From contig CAYXKX010000001.1 in the NCBI GenBank assembly GCA_964465185.1, positions 107,613-171,612 of the forward strand: a stretch of 64,000 nucleotides of DNA, given 5' to 3'. Each line of letters starts with the position of its first letter. The first letter of the stretch is position 1. Positions 55,407-64,000 of this stretch are shown one piece after another. The DNA comes from an uncultured Chitinophagaceae bacterium. Lineage in GTDB: Bacteria; Bacteroidota; Bacteroidia; Chitinophagales; JADJOU01. The notes beneath the pieces were generated by a model. It was not told the origin of the DNA, ran no database searches, and saw only the letters and a list, made by a program, of their open reading frames with translations. Position numbers and translations under genes: made by a program.

Positions 55407-56060
55407 ATGAAAGTAAATTACTCAATGGATTTTTTGGAGGCTTATTGTAGATTTGTTAAAGAACAAAGTAAAATAAAGAACACTAAATTAACTGATTTTG
55501 CCTATTGGATTTTGAATAGTGAATACAACGCCCAAAAGAGTTGCAGAAGTGCTACCAACAATTCTTTAGCGATGAATGAGGTCGAGGAGGAAATTTCAAG
55601 ATTGTTAATCTTAATGTATAGACATGCCAAGATTCATATTAAAACCTATCTTTCTGATTTTCCAGAGATAGTACAGGAAGACTTCACTTATTTGTATGCT
55701 TTAAAACGAGCGGGTAGTCTCACTAAGACACAACTAATTGAAGTAAATGTACATGAAAAGACATCTGGATTGGAGATTATACGCCGCCTAATAAATAATG
55801 GACTTATTGAAGAATCTATTGATGACCATGATAGACGAAGTAAAAGATTGGTCCTAACAAAAAAGGGAGAGACAAAGTTTTATTCCATTAAAGCTGTGAC
55901 TAGAAAAGTGGCGAAATTAATCACGGGAAAATTGAGTTTGAAGGAGAAAGGGCTTCTACATAATATGCTAGTAAAATTAGACTTGTTTCACCAGCCACTT
56001 TATCTTTCACGTACAAAAATGAATCTTGATTTTGCTTTAGAATCGTATTCAATTAATTGA
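55407..56060 (+). CDS. MarR-family winged-helix transcriptional regulator, divergent from the crt operon
   Basis: Contains LTKTQLIEVNVHEKTSGLEIIRRLINNGLIEE..D..DRRSKRLVLTKKG, which is a MarR wHTH plus wing. Confidence 0.7.
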   Translation: MKVNYSMDFLEAYCRFVKEQSKIKNTKLTDFAYWILNSEYNAQKSCRSATNNSLAMNEVEEEISRLLILMYRHAKIHIKTYLSDFPEIVQEDFTYLYALKRAGSLTKTQLIEVNVHEKTSGLEIIRRLINNGLIEESIDDHDRRSKRLVLTKKGETKFYSIKAVTRKVAKLITGKLSLKEKGLLHNMLVKLDLFHQPLYLSRTKMNLDFALESYSIN

Positions 56061-56207
56061 GGATAATGCCTATTAAATCTTAAACTGATAAATTAGATAT
56101 AAGCCAATTTGCTGACTAATTCGGCCTAATTTTAGTGGATAAAAGAAGTTTTTCTTATTTGGATACATAATTTTCTAATTTTTTTTCATTGTACTTTAAA
56201 TTTTGAT

Positions 56208-56215
56208 TATCTTTG
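56208..56215 (+). promoter_or_regulatory. Candidate Bacteroidota -7 promoter box (TATCTTTG) for the SprB-like gene
   Basis: Exact TAnnTTTG match 25 nt upstream of the ATG at 56241. The octamer is identical to the one at 36567. Confidence 0.45.
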
Positions 56216-56240
56216 TGTTAACTGAAAGTCAGTGTTACTA

Positions 56241-59200
56241 ATGTTAATAAGATTAATCGTCTTCCTTATATTGATGAGTCGGCTAAGTGTCAGCCATTGT
56301 CAATCTATAACCTTAGTAGATAATCAAACAGCGGCTGTTCTGGCAAACACGCTAGCGGGAAAGGGAATACAGGTAGCTGGAGGTTTTACGCTAAACTGTA
56401 GTACTTTGGCTAATGGAACCTTTGTCAATGTAAATCCCACGCCAAATTTAAGTTTGGCGATTGATAGTGGAATTGTATTATGTACAGGACGAGTTTTGAG
56501 TACAGCTACCGATACAGGAATCAATGCAAATAGATTTAGATTGGCGAGCAATAACTTAGGGATTACTACTACGGACGCGCAAATAACCTCTTTAGCAGGA
56601 TCCTCTGCTGTGCAGCGAGATTTATGCTTTTTACAGTTTGATTTTGTGCCACGTGGTGATTCCGCATTTATCGATTATGTTTTTGCTTCCGAAGATTATC
56701 CTGAGTATGTTTGCTTGCAGTACTTTGACGCTTTTGGTATTTTTGTTCAGGCTCCAAGTGATACATTCAAAAATTACTCCAAAGTGCCTGGCACCAATAT
56801 TAATGTATCGGTCAATAGTATTAATGATACGAGTAAGCAAACAGGAGTGACCAACTTCAATACCTATTGTAGAGGATTAGGTGCGGGGTCGCCTTTCATT
56901 CAGTATTACACGACCAATCTTATAAATAACCATATCGTCTATGATGGGATGACAAAAGTACTGCGAGCGCGCATACCTGTTCTGCCAAATTTGACTCATA
57001 CCATGAAACTAGTCATAGCAGATATATTGGATGCTAATTTTGATAGCGGGCTATTCTTTAAAAAATCGAGCTTTAATTCTCCACCATTATTAGAGTTAAC
57101 GGAAAAGAAAGCTACTAATGGTTCCAACAAAGACTCACTTTTTTTGATTGAAGGCTGTAATCCAGGAATAGTTTCTTTTTCTCGGTCAACTATCAGTGCG
57201 CCAATTACTGTAAATGTTAGTTTTTCAGGAACGGCAGTTTCTGCTGATTATACTGCTACATCTAGTTTTACAATACCTACAGGCTCTAGTACCTTTAACT
57301 ACAATGTTTCAGCCTTAACAGATGGTTTAAAAGAAAATATGGAATCACTTAGAATCGTATTCTCGGTACCATCTATAAACTATTCGGATACGGTTAACTA
57401 TTACATTAAAGACTTTGCTAATGGCATTACAATAAACAACAGCAAAAGAGATACCTCATTATGTGTAGGCCAAAATATTAATATTAATTATACAAGATCA
57501 GATACTAGTTTCAATGCAGTATGGACACCAGCTACCAATCTTTCATGTACTAATTGTTTCACAACCACATATACGTATACAGCACCAAATATTGCATCAA
57601 CTCAAAATGTTTTTCTTCGAATCTCTTCTTTAGGATGCACTACTATAGATTCGTTGATTTCGATAAATGTCAATTCCAAACCAGTCATTAGTTTGAGTCC
57701 TAACTTTAATATTTGTATTAATGATTCTATTCAACTAAACCCAACCGTGACTCCAGTTATAACTTATACCTATTTATGGACGCCCAATGTTGGTCTATCT
57801 AACAGTTCTATTTTATTGCCATTCGCAAAACCGAGCACTAATCAAACATACAAATTCTTAGTAACTACACCGGCAGGCTGCCGCGATAGTGCATTCACTT
57901 CTGTCAATGTATTCCCGATTCGAAATGAAATTGATTCCATGCGAATAACTAATGCTACGTGTGGTACGAATAATGGTTCTATAAGACTTTATGCGAAATC
58001 GACCTCTCCAAATAATCCACCTTATACTTACTCCATAAATGGGGGTACGACTTTCATATCAGGTAATATATTTAATGGTCTTGCGGCGGGGGTTTATAAT
58101 ATAGCTATTAAAAATGGATTGAATTGTCGCTTTGATACCATCCTAACTATTACGGCGGGAACAAATCCTCCAGGGGCTACATACACGATTCAAAACACAA
58201 CATGTGGTCTCAGCAATGGAAGTGCAAGGGTATTGACTAAGACAGGAGTCGCGCCAATTACTTTTCAATGGAAGTTAGGAGCAGCAGTCATTTCGACAGA
58301 TACTTTCATCAATAGTCGTCCTGCTGGGTCTTATATTTTGACTGTCATTGATGGCGCGGGATGTTCTATAAATTACCCCATCAATATTTTGGGAAGTTCT
58401 CCAGCAAATTTTAGTTTTTCTAAAACAGACCAAACCTGCGGCAATCTGAATGGTGCAATCACAGCCAATGCGACTAGTGGTTTTTCTCCTTTTACCTATC
58501 AGTGGAGTCAAGGAGGAAATACGCCAACGATAGGTGGATTGGCAGGTGGTTGGTACAAGCTGACATTTTCTGACGTGAATAGTTGTACGAAAATAGATAG
58601 CATTCAAGTGAATTCATTTCCAGCTATTACTAAGAATAAATCAGGCACAAATGCGCTCTGTGGTGCGAGCAATGGCTCAGCAACAGCTCAGATAACTAGT
58701 GGCGGTACAGCACCATTTATTTATTTTTGGAGCAATGGAGTAACTACATCACCAATATCAGCTACAACGCATTCAATCAATGCACTATCAGGAGGCAAAT
58801 ATAAATTTACTATTCAAGATTCTAAGGGTTGTTTAGCGATAGATTCAGTCACGGTGAACTCAAGTCCTGCTTTAAATATTTCGATCAACAGGACCAATGC
58901 AACTTGCGGAGTGAACAATGGAGCCATCAATGTATCTATATTATCAGGAACTCCTAATTATAGCTATGTATGGAATGATGCAGTCACAAGTCAGAATAGA
59001 ACAGGCATAGCGCCAGGGACATACAATGTAACCGTTACGGATGCAAACGGCTGCACTGCATCCGGAGGATCACTAGTTACTATGAACTCATCACCAGTAT
59101 TAACAACTACGAAGGCAAATGCAACTTGTGGACAAAATAATGGTAGTATATCAACGAGCGTAACTGGGGCAAAACCTCCAATAGCTTATAATTGGAGTAG

Positions 59201-62200
59201 TGGACAATCTGCTAATTTTATAAGTGGGTTAGCCCCAGGTATATACACAGTAACTATAACAGATTCTATAGGTTGCCAAAAAACAACCTCAGACACCATT
59301 CTTCAGCCTGTTTTTACTAATTTTTCGGATAGTTTAGTTCAGACAATATGCAGTGCAAGTAATGGCAAGATCTTCTTACAAAATATAGTAGGACAAAATC
59401 CTATTAGCATTGCTTGGGCTGGAGGTAATACAAGTGCCACAAGAACTGGTTTAGCCCCAGGGAATTATACCGTATTGGTTCAAGATGGTAACGGTTGTCA
59501 AAAAACGAAGATATATACTATTCTAGCTTCTACCAATCCAACTGTGGGCTTTAATATCACAAATGCTTTGTGCAATAATACCATAGGTGGGATAACAACA
59601 AGCATCACTGGTGGCAAACCATCATATAGCTTTGCTTGGAGTTCTGGAGAAACCACTCCAAACATATCATCCAAACTACCAGGAACATATTCATTGACAG
59701 TAACAGACGCTGATGGTTGTATAGGGACGCGAGTGGATTCTATCGTACGACGACCTTTTCCTGTCTATCAAGATAGTTTTCGTAAAGCGAGATGTGGTTT
59801 TGATAACGGATTAATCCACATCTACAATATTATAGGGTCAAGCCCTTTCAGTTTTGTTTGGAGCCACGATGTCAATGCGAGTGGAAATTTTGTGGGAGGT
59901 CTGCCTAGCGATACTATTTCTGTAATCATTACAGATAGTAATGGTTGTGTTATGCGCGATACATGGGATATAAGTACAAAAGGAGCCATTACCTATCAGT
60001 CAATTTTTCAAAGATCTAAATGCAATGATTCTACAGGTAAAATTACTATCAATATTACCAATGGAACGCCATCCTATTCTATTAAATGGTCCAACGGAGA
60101 TACAGGTTTGATCGCTGATAGTTTGAAGCATGGGCGGTACGAATTATTTATTACCGATAGTCTAGGATGTATTGTTAGAGATTCTTTAAATATAAAAGAT
60201 AGTACCACGCTCCGCGATACTTTTCAAATAGTCAAAACCCGCTGTGATACAGTATCTGGAACTATTCTTGCTTTACCTCTAGGTGGTACTGCCCCTTTCA
60301 AGCATGTATGGCAGCGTTTAGCGCGAGACAGTTTTGCACTACTTGACAGTGTATCTGTTGGCACATATAATTTGCGAACTACCGATTCTAATGGATGTAA
60401 ATTCGATACGACAGCAACCATGCGGTATACCCATTATCCTACCATTCGCGATTCTATTCTATTAGAAAAATGCGCAGGGGGAAATGGGGAAATTCATATT
60501 AAAATAGATAGTGTCATTAATCCTATAAAAATTACCTGGAATGGTATTTTGGATTCAACTTACAAGAAGCTTTCCTTGACAGGACCTATCAGTTATTCGA
60601 TTATAGTGGAGGACTCTCAAAAATGTACCGCTGCTTTAACCTCTACTTTAGATGTCAATCCAAATCCTCTTCCAAGTTTAATTGCTAACGATCCGCCATG
60701 TGGAAATAATACGGGCAGTATTAATGTCAATATCTCGGCGCCGCTGGTAGCACAGAGTTATAACTGGAGTAATTCAGGTACAACTTCAAGTATCATAAAT
60801 TTAGCACCGGGTATATACACGCTTACTTTGACAGATACGGCGGGTTGTGTATATATATTACGTGATACCCTAGCCTATACTGTAGCACCAACTAAGTCTT
60901 TACAATGGACGCGTTCAAATTGTGGTCGATCAGATGGTCAAATTAAAACGATAGCCAATAGCATTTACGGAGATTATTTTTATAGCTGGAGAAAAGTGCC
61001 TGGAGCTTTTACTTCAAATCAGCAAGCAACAGATACAGGGTTTATTAATGCTATAGACTCAGGAACCTATATAGTTCAGATAAGCGACTCCAAGGGATGC
61101 ATACTGTTCGACACCATAGCTATTGTAGATAGTGCAGCTCCAAGTATTCAGTTTCAAATAAAAAATGCACACTGCGTCAATGGTGGTGGCAAAGCGAAAG
61201 CAATGGTGAGTGGAGGAAGTTTACCATATACTTATATGTGGTATAATTTTACTTCGAATGATTCTATTCAAAATCTATTTAGTGGAAATTATCTTCTTAC
61301 TGTGACTGATGCTCGAACGTGTGTTCGAATAGATACCGCTAAGGTACAATTTGTTCCTAGCCCAGATGTCAATTTGTTAGGGGTCAATTCTTTTTGTGGC
61401 TCAGACAAAGGCAAGGTTATAACCAACATTAGTTTTGGTCAAGCTCCATTTACTTTTAATTGGAGCAATGGAGCAACGACCAAGGATTTAAATGGATTAA
61501 TGGCGGGAACATATGTATTAACCATAACCGATAGCACAGGGTGTTCAGATATAGACTCTGTCACTATAATCGCTCAAACACCATTGCAAATTTCGGTGAC
61601 AAAAACTCCTGCCAATTGTGATTTGAATAATGGCCAAGTAACTGCAACCATTATTAATGGCAAACCCCCATATATTTTTAACTGGAATGCGGTTATTAAT
61701 TCTTTGACTGCATCTGGACTGGATACTGGGAAGCAATTTTTCTATATTTCTGACTCAAATAATTGTGAGATTCGAGATACAATTCACTTGACTCGAGTGA
61801 AGAAACATAGTGCTAGTCATATAGTAATCAACGATAATTGTACATATAAGGTAGGGAGTATTTCAACGAATGTGATAGATGGAAGATTGCCATATTCATA
61901 TAACTGGAGCGGAGGATTGGGTACCAATGCCAATGCAGTGAATGTCGGCGCAGGTTCGTATACACTATCTGTTACAGATAGTTTGGGATGTATTGCAACT
62001 TCTCTTGTCAATGTAGGAGATACGGCAGGACCAATTGTCTCCCTCATCCCCAATCAAGCGAGCTGCGGATTATCCAATGGTTCCATATTTGCTAATGTAG
62101 TCAGCACTCGTACTCCGCTGAGTCATTTCTGGAATGCTGTGGCAGGGACTAATTCAATTTCTAATCTCAATGGGGGCAAATATGTATATACCGTCATTGA

Positions 62201-64000
62201 TGTCAGAGGTTGTATTAAAAAAGATTCGACGGTCATGGATACAGTTTACACACTTACAGCTACCCAAACAGCCAAGAATCCAAGTTGTAATTTAAATAAT
62301 GGATTTATTAAATTACGAGCTACAGGTGGGACAGGGACGAAAAATTATTTCTGGAGTCCAGCTCTTCCAAATTCTGATTCTGTATTTAACCTTAGTCCTG
62401 GGAAATACAAGTTTACTGTAACGGATACGAAAGGTTGTATATGGACAGACTCAGTCACACTGATCCAGCTAGGATTGCCTGTAGTAAATTTCAATAAAAC
62501 ACCAGCTACATGCAGAAATGGAAATGGAAGTTTAGTGGCTATAGTTACTAATGCGAGCGGAACAATTAGTTATACATGGAGCAATGGTGGAAATACGAAT
62601 ACGATCACTGGTATAGTACCAAATACATACTCTTTGACGGTAACAGATGCTACAGGATGTTCTGCATCGACCTCTACATTATTAAATAGCATAGGAGTAG
62701 ATTCTGTAAACCTAATCGTACAGCACCCAAAATGTAACATTAACAATGGCAAACTTAAAGCCATAGCATTCAACACGGTGGGTACTGTAAATTATACTTG
62801 GACCACGTCAGCTACTATTGATAGTATTATTAATTTAGCAGGCACTAGTTATACCGTAACGATTACGGACAATCTATGCACCATTACTAAATCACAAACC
62901 TTAGTCATGGCTACTTCACCTGTTGTCACGATTTCTCAACAAAATGCTAGTTGTGGCATTAATAATGGACTTCTATCAGCTGCAGTGACCCAAGGGACAG
63001 CACCATTCAGTTATGAGTGGAATGGAGTTATTGGCCCCCCAGGCTTGATCAATAGAGATTCTGGTAATTATAAAGTGGTTGTGTCCGATGTCAATAATTG
63101 TAAGGATTCCCAAAGTGTTTATTTAGCCAGATTTCCTATGCTTACAGTGAATCTAACAGGTGAGAAATCTAAATGTGGTGAAGCCAACGGAAGTATTACG
63201 TCTATTGTAAATGGAGGTGCTCCCACCAAATTTTACGCTTGGAGCAATGGAGCTACTTCTGCCAATTTGACCAATATCTTAACAGGCAATTACACCCTCA
63301 CCTTGAGTGATAATGGCAACTGCACCATTACATCAAGTATATTTATTGATGATTGGAAGAAACCTGAATTATATACACAATCAGTAATTTTGCCTGTATG
63401 CGGTAAACCAAATGGAGCTATTACAACAACCACGTTGTATGGAACAAAACCTTTAAAATATTTATGGAATACAAGCGACACTACTACTTTTTTAAATAAG
63501 ATTCCTGATAATACATACACCCTTATTGTTACTGATAGTATTGGCTGTCAGGATACGCTAATTGAAAATTTAGTATCAGGAGCCCAACCGCCTATTGATT
63601 CCATTAAAATTAATCGGTCGACATGTGGTTTGCCAAATGGTAGCATTCAAGTATTTATGAATTTGCGTGCAGTGCCTCCTATTGTTTATAAGTGGAGTGA
63701 TAATTCTCTTGGAAATCCTATTATTAATATTGGAGAAGGAACGTATTCTGTTACTATTACCGATGAAAGGCAATGTGAATGGATAAGAAATATTCCTCTA
63801 CCAACAACCAAAATACCAAAAATCAAATTAGATTCTGTACAATCCTACTGCCTGCAACCCACTGGGAGAATCAACTCATTAGTAACTGAAGCTGCAAGGC
63901 CATACACATATTTGTGGAGTAATGGCAGTGCAGATACATTTATATCTGGTCTTCGGCCAGGCACTTACTCTGTAACGGTAAAAGACAGCCTCAATTGTAT
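56241..64000 (+). CDS. Partial giant SprB-like cell-surface adhesin (N-terminal choice-of-anchor-L-like domain followed by many SprB-type repeats); 3' end outside the window
   Basis: ATG at 56241 gives MLIRLIVFLILMSRLSVSHCQ. The N-terminal domain reads GIVLCTGRV...LCFLQFDFVPRGDSAFIDYVFASEDYPEY...DAFGIFV...VPGTNINVSVNSIN. From about 57960 it repeats NA.CG..NGSI.......G..PY.Y.WS.G......I..L..G.Y.VT.TD..GC. No plus-strand stop-bounded ORF is listed here and the minus-strand ORFs are short, so the frame stays open to the window edge. Confidence 0.8.
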   Translation, partial: MLIRLIVFLILMSRLSVSHCQSITLVDNQTAAVLANTLAGKGIQVAGGFTLNCSTLANGTFVNVNPTPNLSLAIDSGIVLCTGRVLSTATDTGINANRFRLASNNLGITTTDAQITSLAGSSAVQRDLCFLQFDFVPRGDSAFIDYVFASEDYPEYVCLQYFDAFGIFVQAPSDTFKNYSKVPGTNINVSVNSINDTSKQTGVTNFNTYCRGLGAGSPFIQYYTTNLINNHIVYDGMTKVLRARIPVLPNLTHTMKLVIADILDANFDSGLFFKKSSFNSPPLLELTEKKATNGSNKDSLFLIEGCNPGIVSFSRSTISAPITVNVSFSGTAVSADYTATSSFTIPTGSSTFNYNVSALTDGLKENMESLRIVFSVPSINYSDTVNYYIKDFANGITINNSKRDTSLCVGQNININYTRSDTSFNAVWTPATNLSCTNCFTTTYTYTAPNIASTQNVFLRISSLGCTTIDSLISINVNSKPVISLSPNFNICINDSIQLNPTVTPVITYTYLWTPNVGLSNSSILLPFAKPSTNQTYKFLVTTPAGCRDSAFTSVNVFPIRNEIDSMRITNATCGTNNGSIRLYAKSTSPNNPPYTYSINGGTTFISGNIFNGLAAGVYNIAIKNGLNCRFDTILTITAGTNPPGATYTIQNTTCGLSNGSARVLTKTGVAPITFQWKLGAAVISTDTFINSRPAGSYILTVIDGAGCSINYPINILGSSPANFSFSKTDQTCGNLNGAITANATSGFSPFTYQWSQGGNTPTIGGLAGGWYKLTFSDVNSCTKIDSIQVNSFPAITKNKSGTNALCGASNGSATAQITSGGTAPFIYFWSNGVTTSPISATTHSINALSGGKYKFTIQDSKGCLAIDSVTVNSSPALNISINRTNATCGVNNGAINVSILSGTPNYSYVWNDAVTSQNRTGIAPGTYNVTVTDANGCTASGGSLVTMNSSPVLTTTKANATCGQNNGSISTSVTGAKPPIAYNWSSGQSANFISGLAPGIYTVTITDSIGCQKTTSDTILQPVFTNFSDSLVQTICSASNGKIFLQNIVGQNPISIAWAGGNTSATRTGLAPGNYTVLVQDGNGCQKTKIYTILASTNPTVGFNITNALCNNTIGGITTSITGGKPSYSFAWSSGETTPNISSKLPGTYSLTVTDADGCIGTRVDSIVRRPFPVYQDSFRKARCGFDNGLIHIYNIIGSSPFSFVWSHDVNASGNFVGGLPSDTISVIITDSNGCVMRDTWDISTKGAITYQSIFQRSKCNDSTGKITINITNGTPSYSIKWSNGDTGLIADSLKHGRYELFITDSLGCIVRDSLNIKDSTTLRDTFQIVKTRCDTVSGTILALPLGGTAPFKHVWQRLARDSFALLDSVSVGTYNLRTTDSNGCKFDTTATMRYTHYPTIRDSILLEKCAGGNGEIHIKIDSVINPIKITWNGILDSTYKKLSLTGPISYSIIVEDSQKCTAALTSTLDVNPNPLPSLIANDPPCGNNTGSINVNISAPLVAQSYNWSNSGTTSSIINLAPGIYTLTLTDTAGCVYILRDTLAYTVAPTKSLQWTRSNCGRSDGQIKTIANSIYGDYFYSWRKVPGAFTSNQQATDTGFINAIDSGTYIVQISDSKGCILFDTIAIVDSAAPSIQFQIKNAHCVNGGGKAKAMVSGGSLPYTYMWYNFTSNDSIQNLFSGNYLLTVTDARTCVRIDTAKVQFVPSPDVNLLGVNSFCGSDKGKVITNISFGQAPFTFNWSNGATTKDLNGLMAGTYVLTITDSTGCSDIDSVTIIAQTPLQISVTKTPANCDLNNGQVTATIINGKPPYIFNWNAVINSLTASGLDTGKQFFYISDSNNCEIRDTIHLTRVKKHSASHIVINDNCTYKVGSISTNVIDGRLPYSYNWSGGLGTNANAVNVGAGSYTLSVTDSLGCIATSLVNVGDTAGPIVSLIPNQASCGLSNGSIFANVVSTRTPLSHFWNAVAGTNSISNLNGGKYVYTVIDVRGCIKKDSTVMDTVYTLTATQTAKNPSCNLNNGFIKLRATGGTGTKNYFWSPALPNSDSVFNLSPGKYKFTVTDTKGCIWTDSVTLIQLGLPVVNFNKTPATCRNGNGSLVAIVTNASGTISYTWSNGGNTNTITGIVPNTYSLTVTDATGCSASTSTLLNSIGVDSVNLIVQHPKCNINNGKLKAIAFNTVGTVNYTWTTSATIDSIINLAGTSYTVTITDNLCTITKSQTLVMATSPVVTISQQNASCGINNGLLSAAVTQGTAPFSYEWNGVIGPPGLINRDSGNYKVVVSDVNNCKDSQSVYLARFPMLTVNLTGEKSKCGEANGSITSIVNGGAPTKFYAWSNGATSANLTNILTGNYTLTLSDNGNCTITSSIFIDDWKKPELYTQSVILPVCGKPNGAITTTTLYGTKPLKYLWNTSDTTTFLNKIPDNTYTLIVTDSIGCQDTLIENLVSGAQPPIDSIKINRSTCGLPNGSIQVFMNLRAVPPIVYKWSDNSLGNPIINIGEGTYSVTITDERQCEWIRNIPLPTTKIPKIKLDSVQSYCLQPTGRINSLVTEAARPYTYLWSNGSADTFISGLRPGTYSVTVKDSLNC
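57960..64000 (+). repeat. Array of roughly 26 SprB-type protein repeats (74-82 aa each) within the partial giant gene
   Basis: Successive conserved Cys codons at 57960, 58203, 58437, 58659 and 58905 give spacings of 243, 234, 222 and 246 nt. The motif continues to the window end. The total count is extrapolated from the mean period. Confidence 0.7.

Noticed and set aside
57960-64000. Regular roughly 230-bp periodicity, checked as a possible CRISPR-like or satellite array
   Set aside because: The period varies (222-246 nt), there is no conserved direct-repeat/spacer structure, and the whole region is one open reading frame of SprB-type protein repeats.

Overview
This window looks like an ordinary low-GC chromosomal segment from a member of the Bacteroidota, with two accessory-looking blocks of giant surface-protein genes. 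The phylum call rests on type IX secretion (T9SS) C-terminal sorting domains of both type A and type B, a PorP/SprF-family gene, SprB-type repeats, TAnnTTTG -7 promoter boxes, no obvious Shine-Dalgarno sites, and signal peptides that almost all carry Gln at the cleavage site. I could not run BLAST or HMM searches, so all family calls come from motifs read by eye. About 45 protein genes are supported. Housekeeping genes include rnz, tcdA, nnr, truA, pyrH, aroB-aroA-aroD, a 2-oxoacid dehydrogenase E2, two MsbA-like ABC exporters, a beta-CASP/MBL RNase, a Y_Y_Y sensor kinase with a LytTR regulator, and a crtI-crtB-orf-crtZ carotenoid operon with a divergent MarR regulator. The first accessory block is about 27.8-43.6 kb. 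It holds a PorP/SprF-like gene coupled to a PG1058-like TPR/propeller/OmpA gene, transcribed divergently from an unknown 215-aa gene and a 1498-aa chimeric protein. That protein combines an RCC1-like propeller, eight exact 51-aa two-cysteine repeats, four SprB-like repeats and a type-B T9SS sorting domain. A 2054-aa beta-helix/GEVED/Ig protein with a type-A sorting domain follows, then an ECF sigma factor and a soluble zinc-finger anti-sigma factor. The 5' part of this block (about 31.0-33.25 kb) is clearly more GC-rich than its surroundings. The second block is a SprB-like giant gene starting at 56241 and running off the right edge. It is absent from the ORF track because it has no stop codon in the window. 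A second unlisted partial gene occupies 1..2105 on the minus strand. I found no rRNA, tRNA, CRISPR array, transposase, integrase or recognisable defence system. The T9SS adhesin island is my best candidate for something undescribed, but that rests on architecture and context only.
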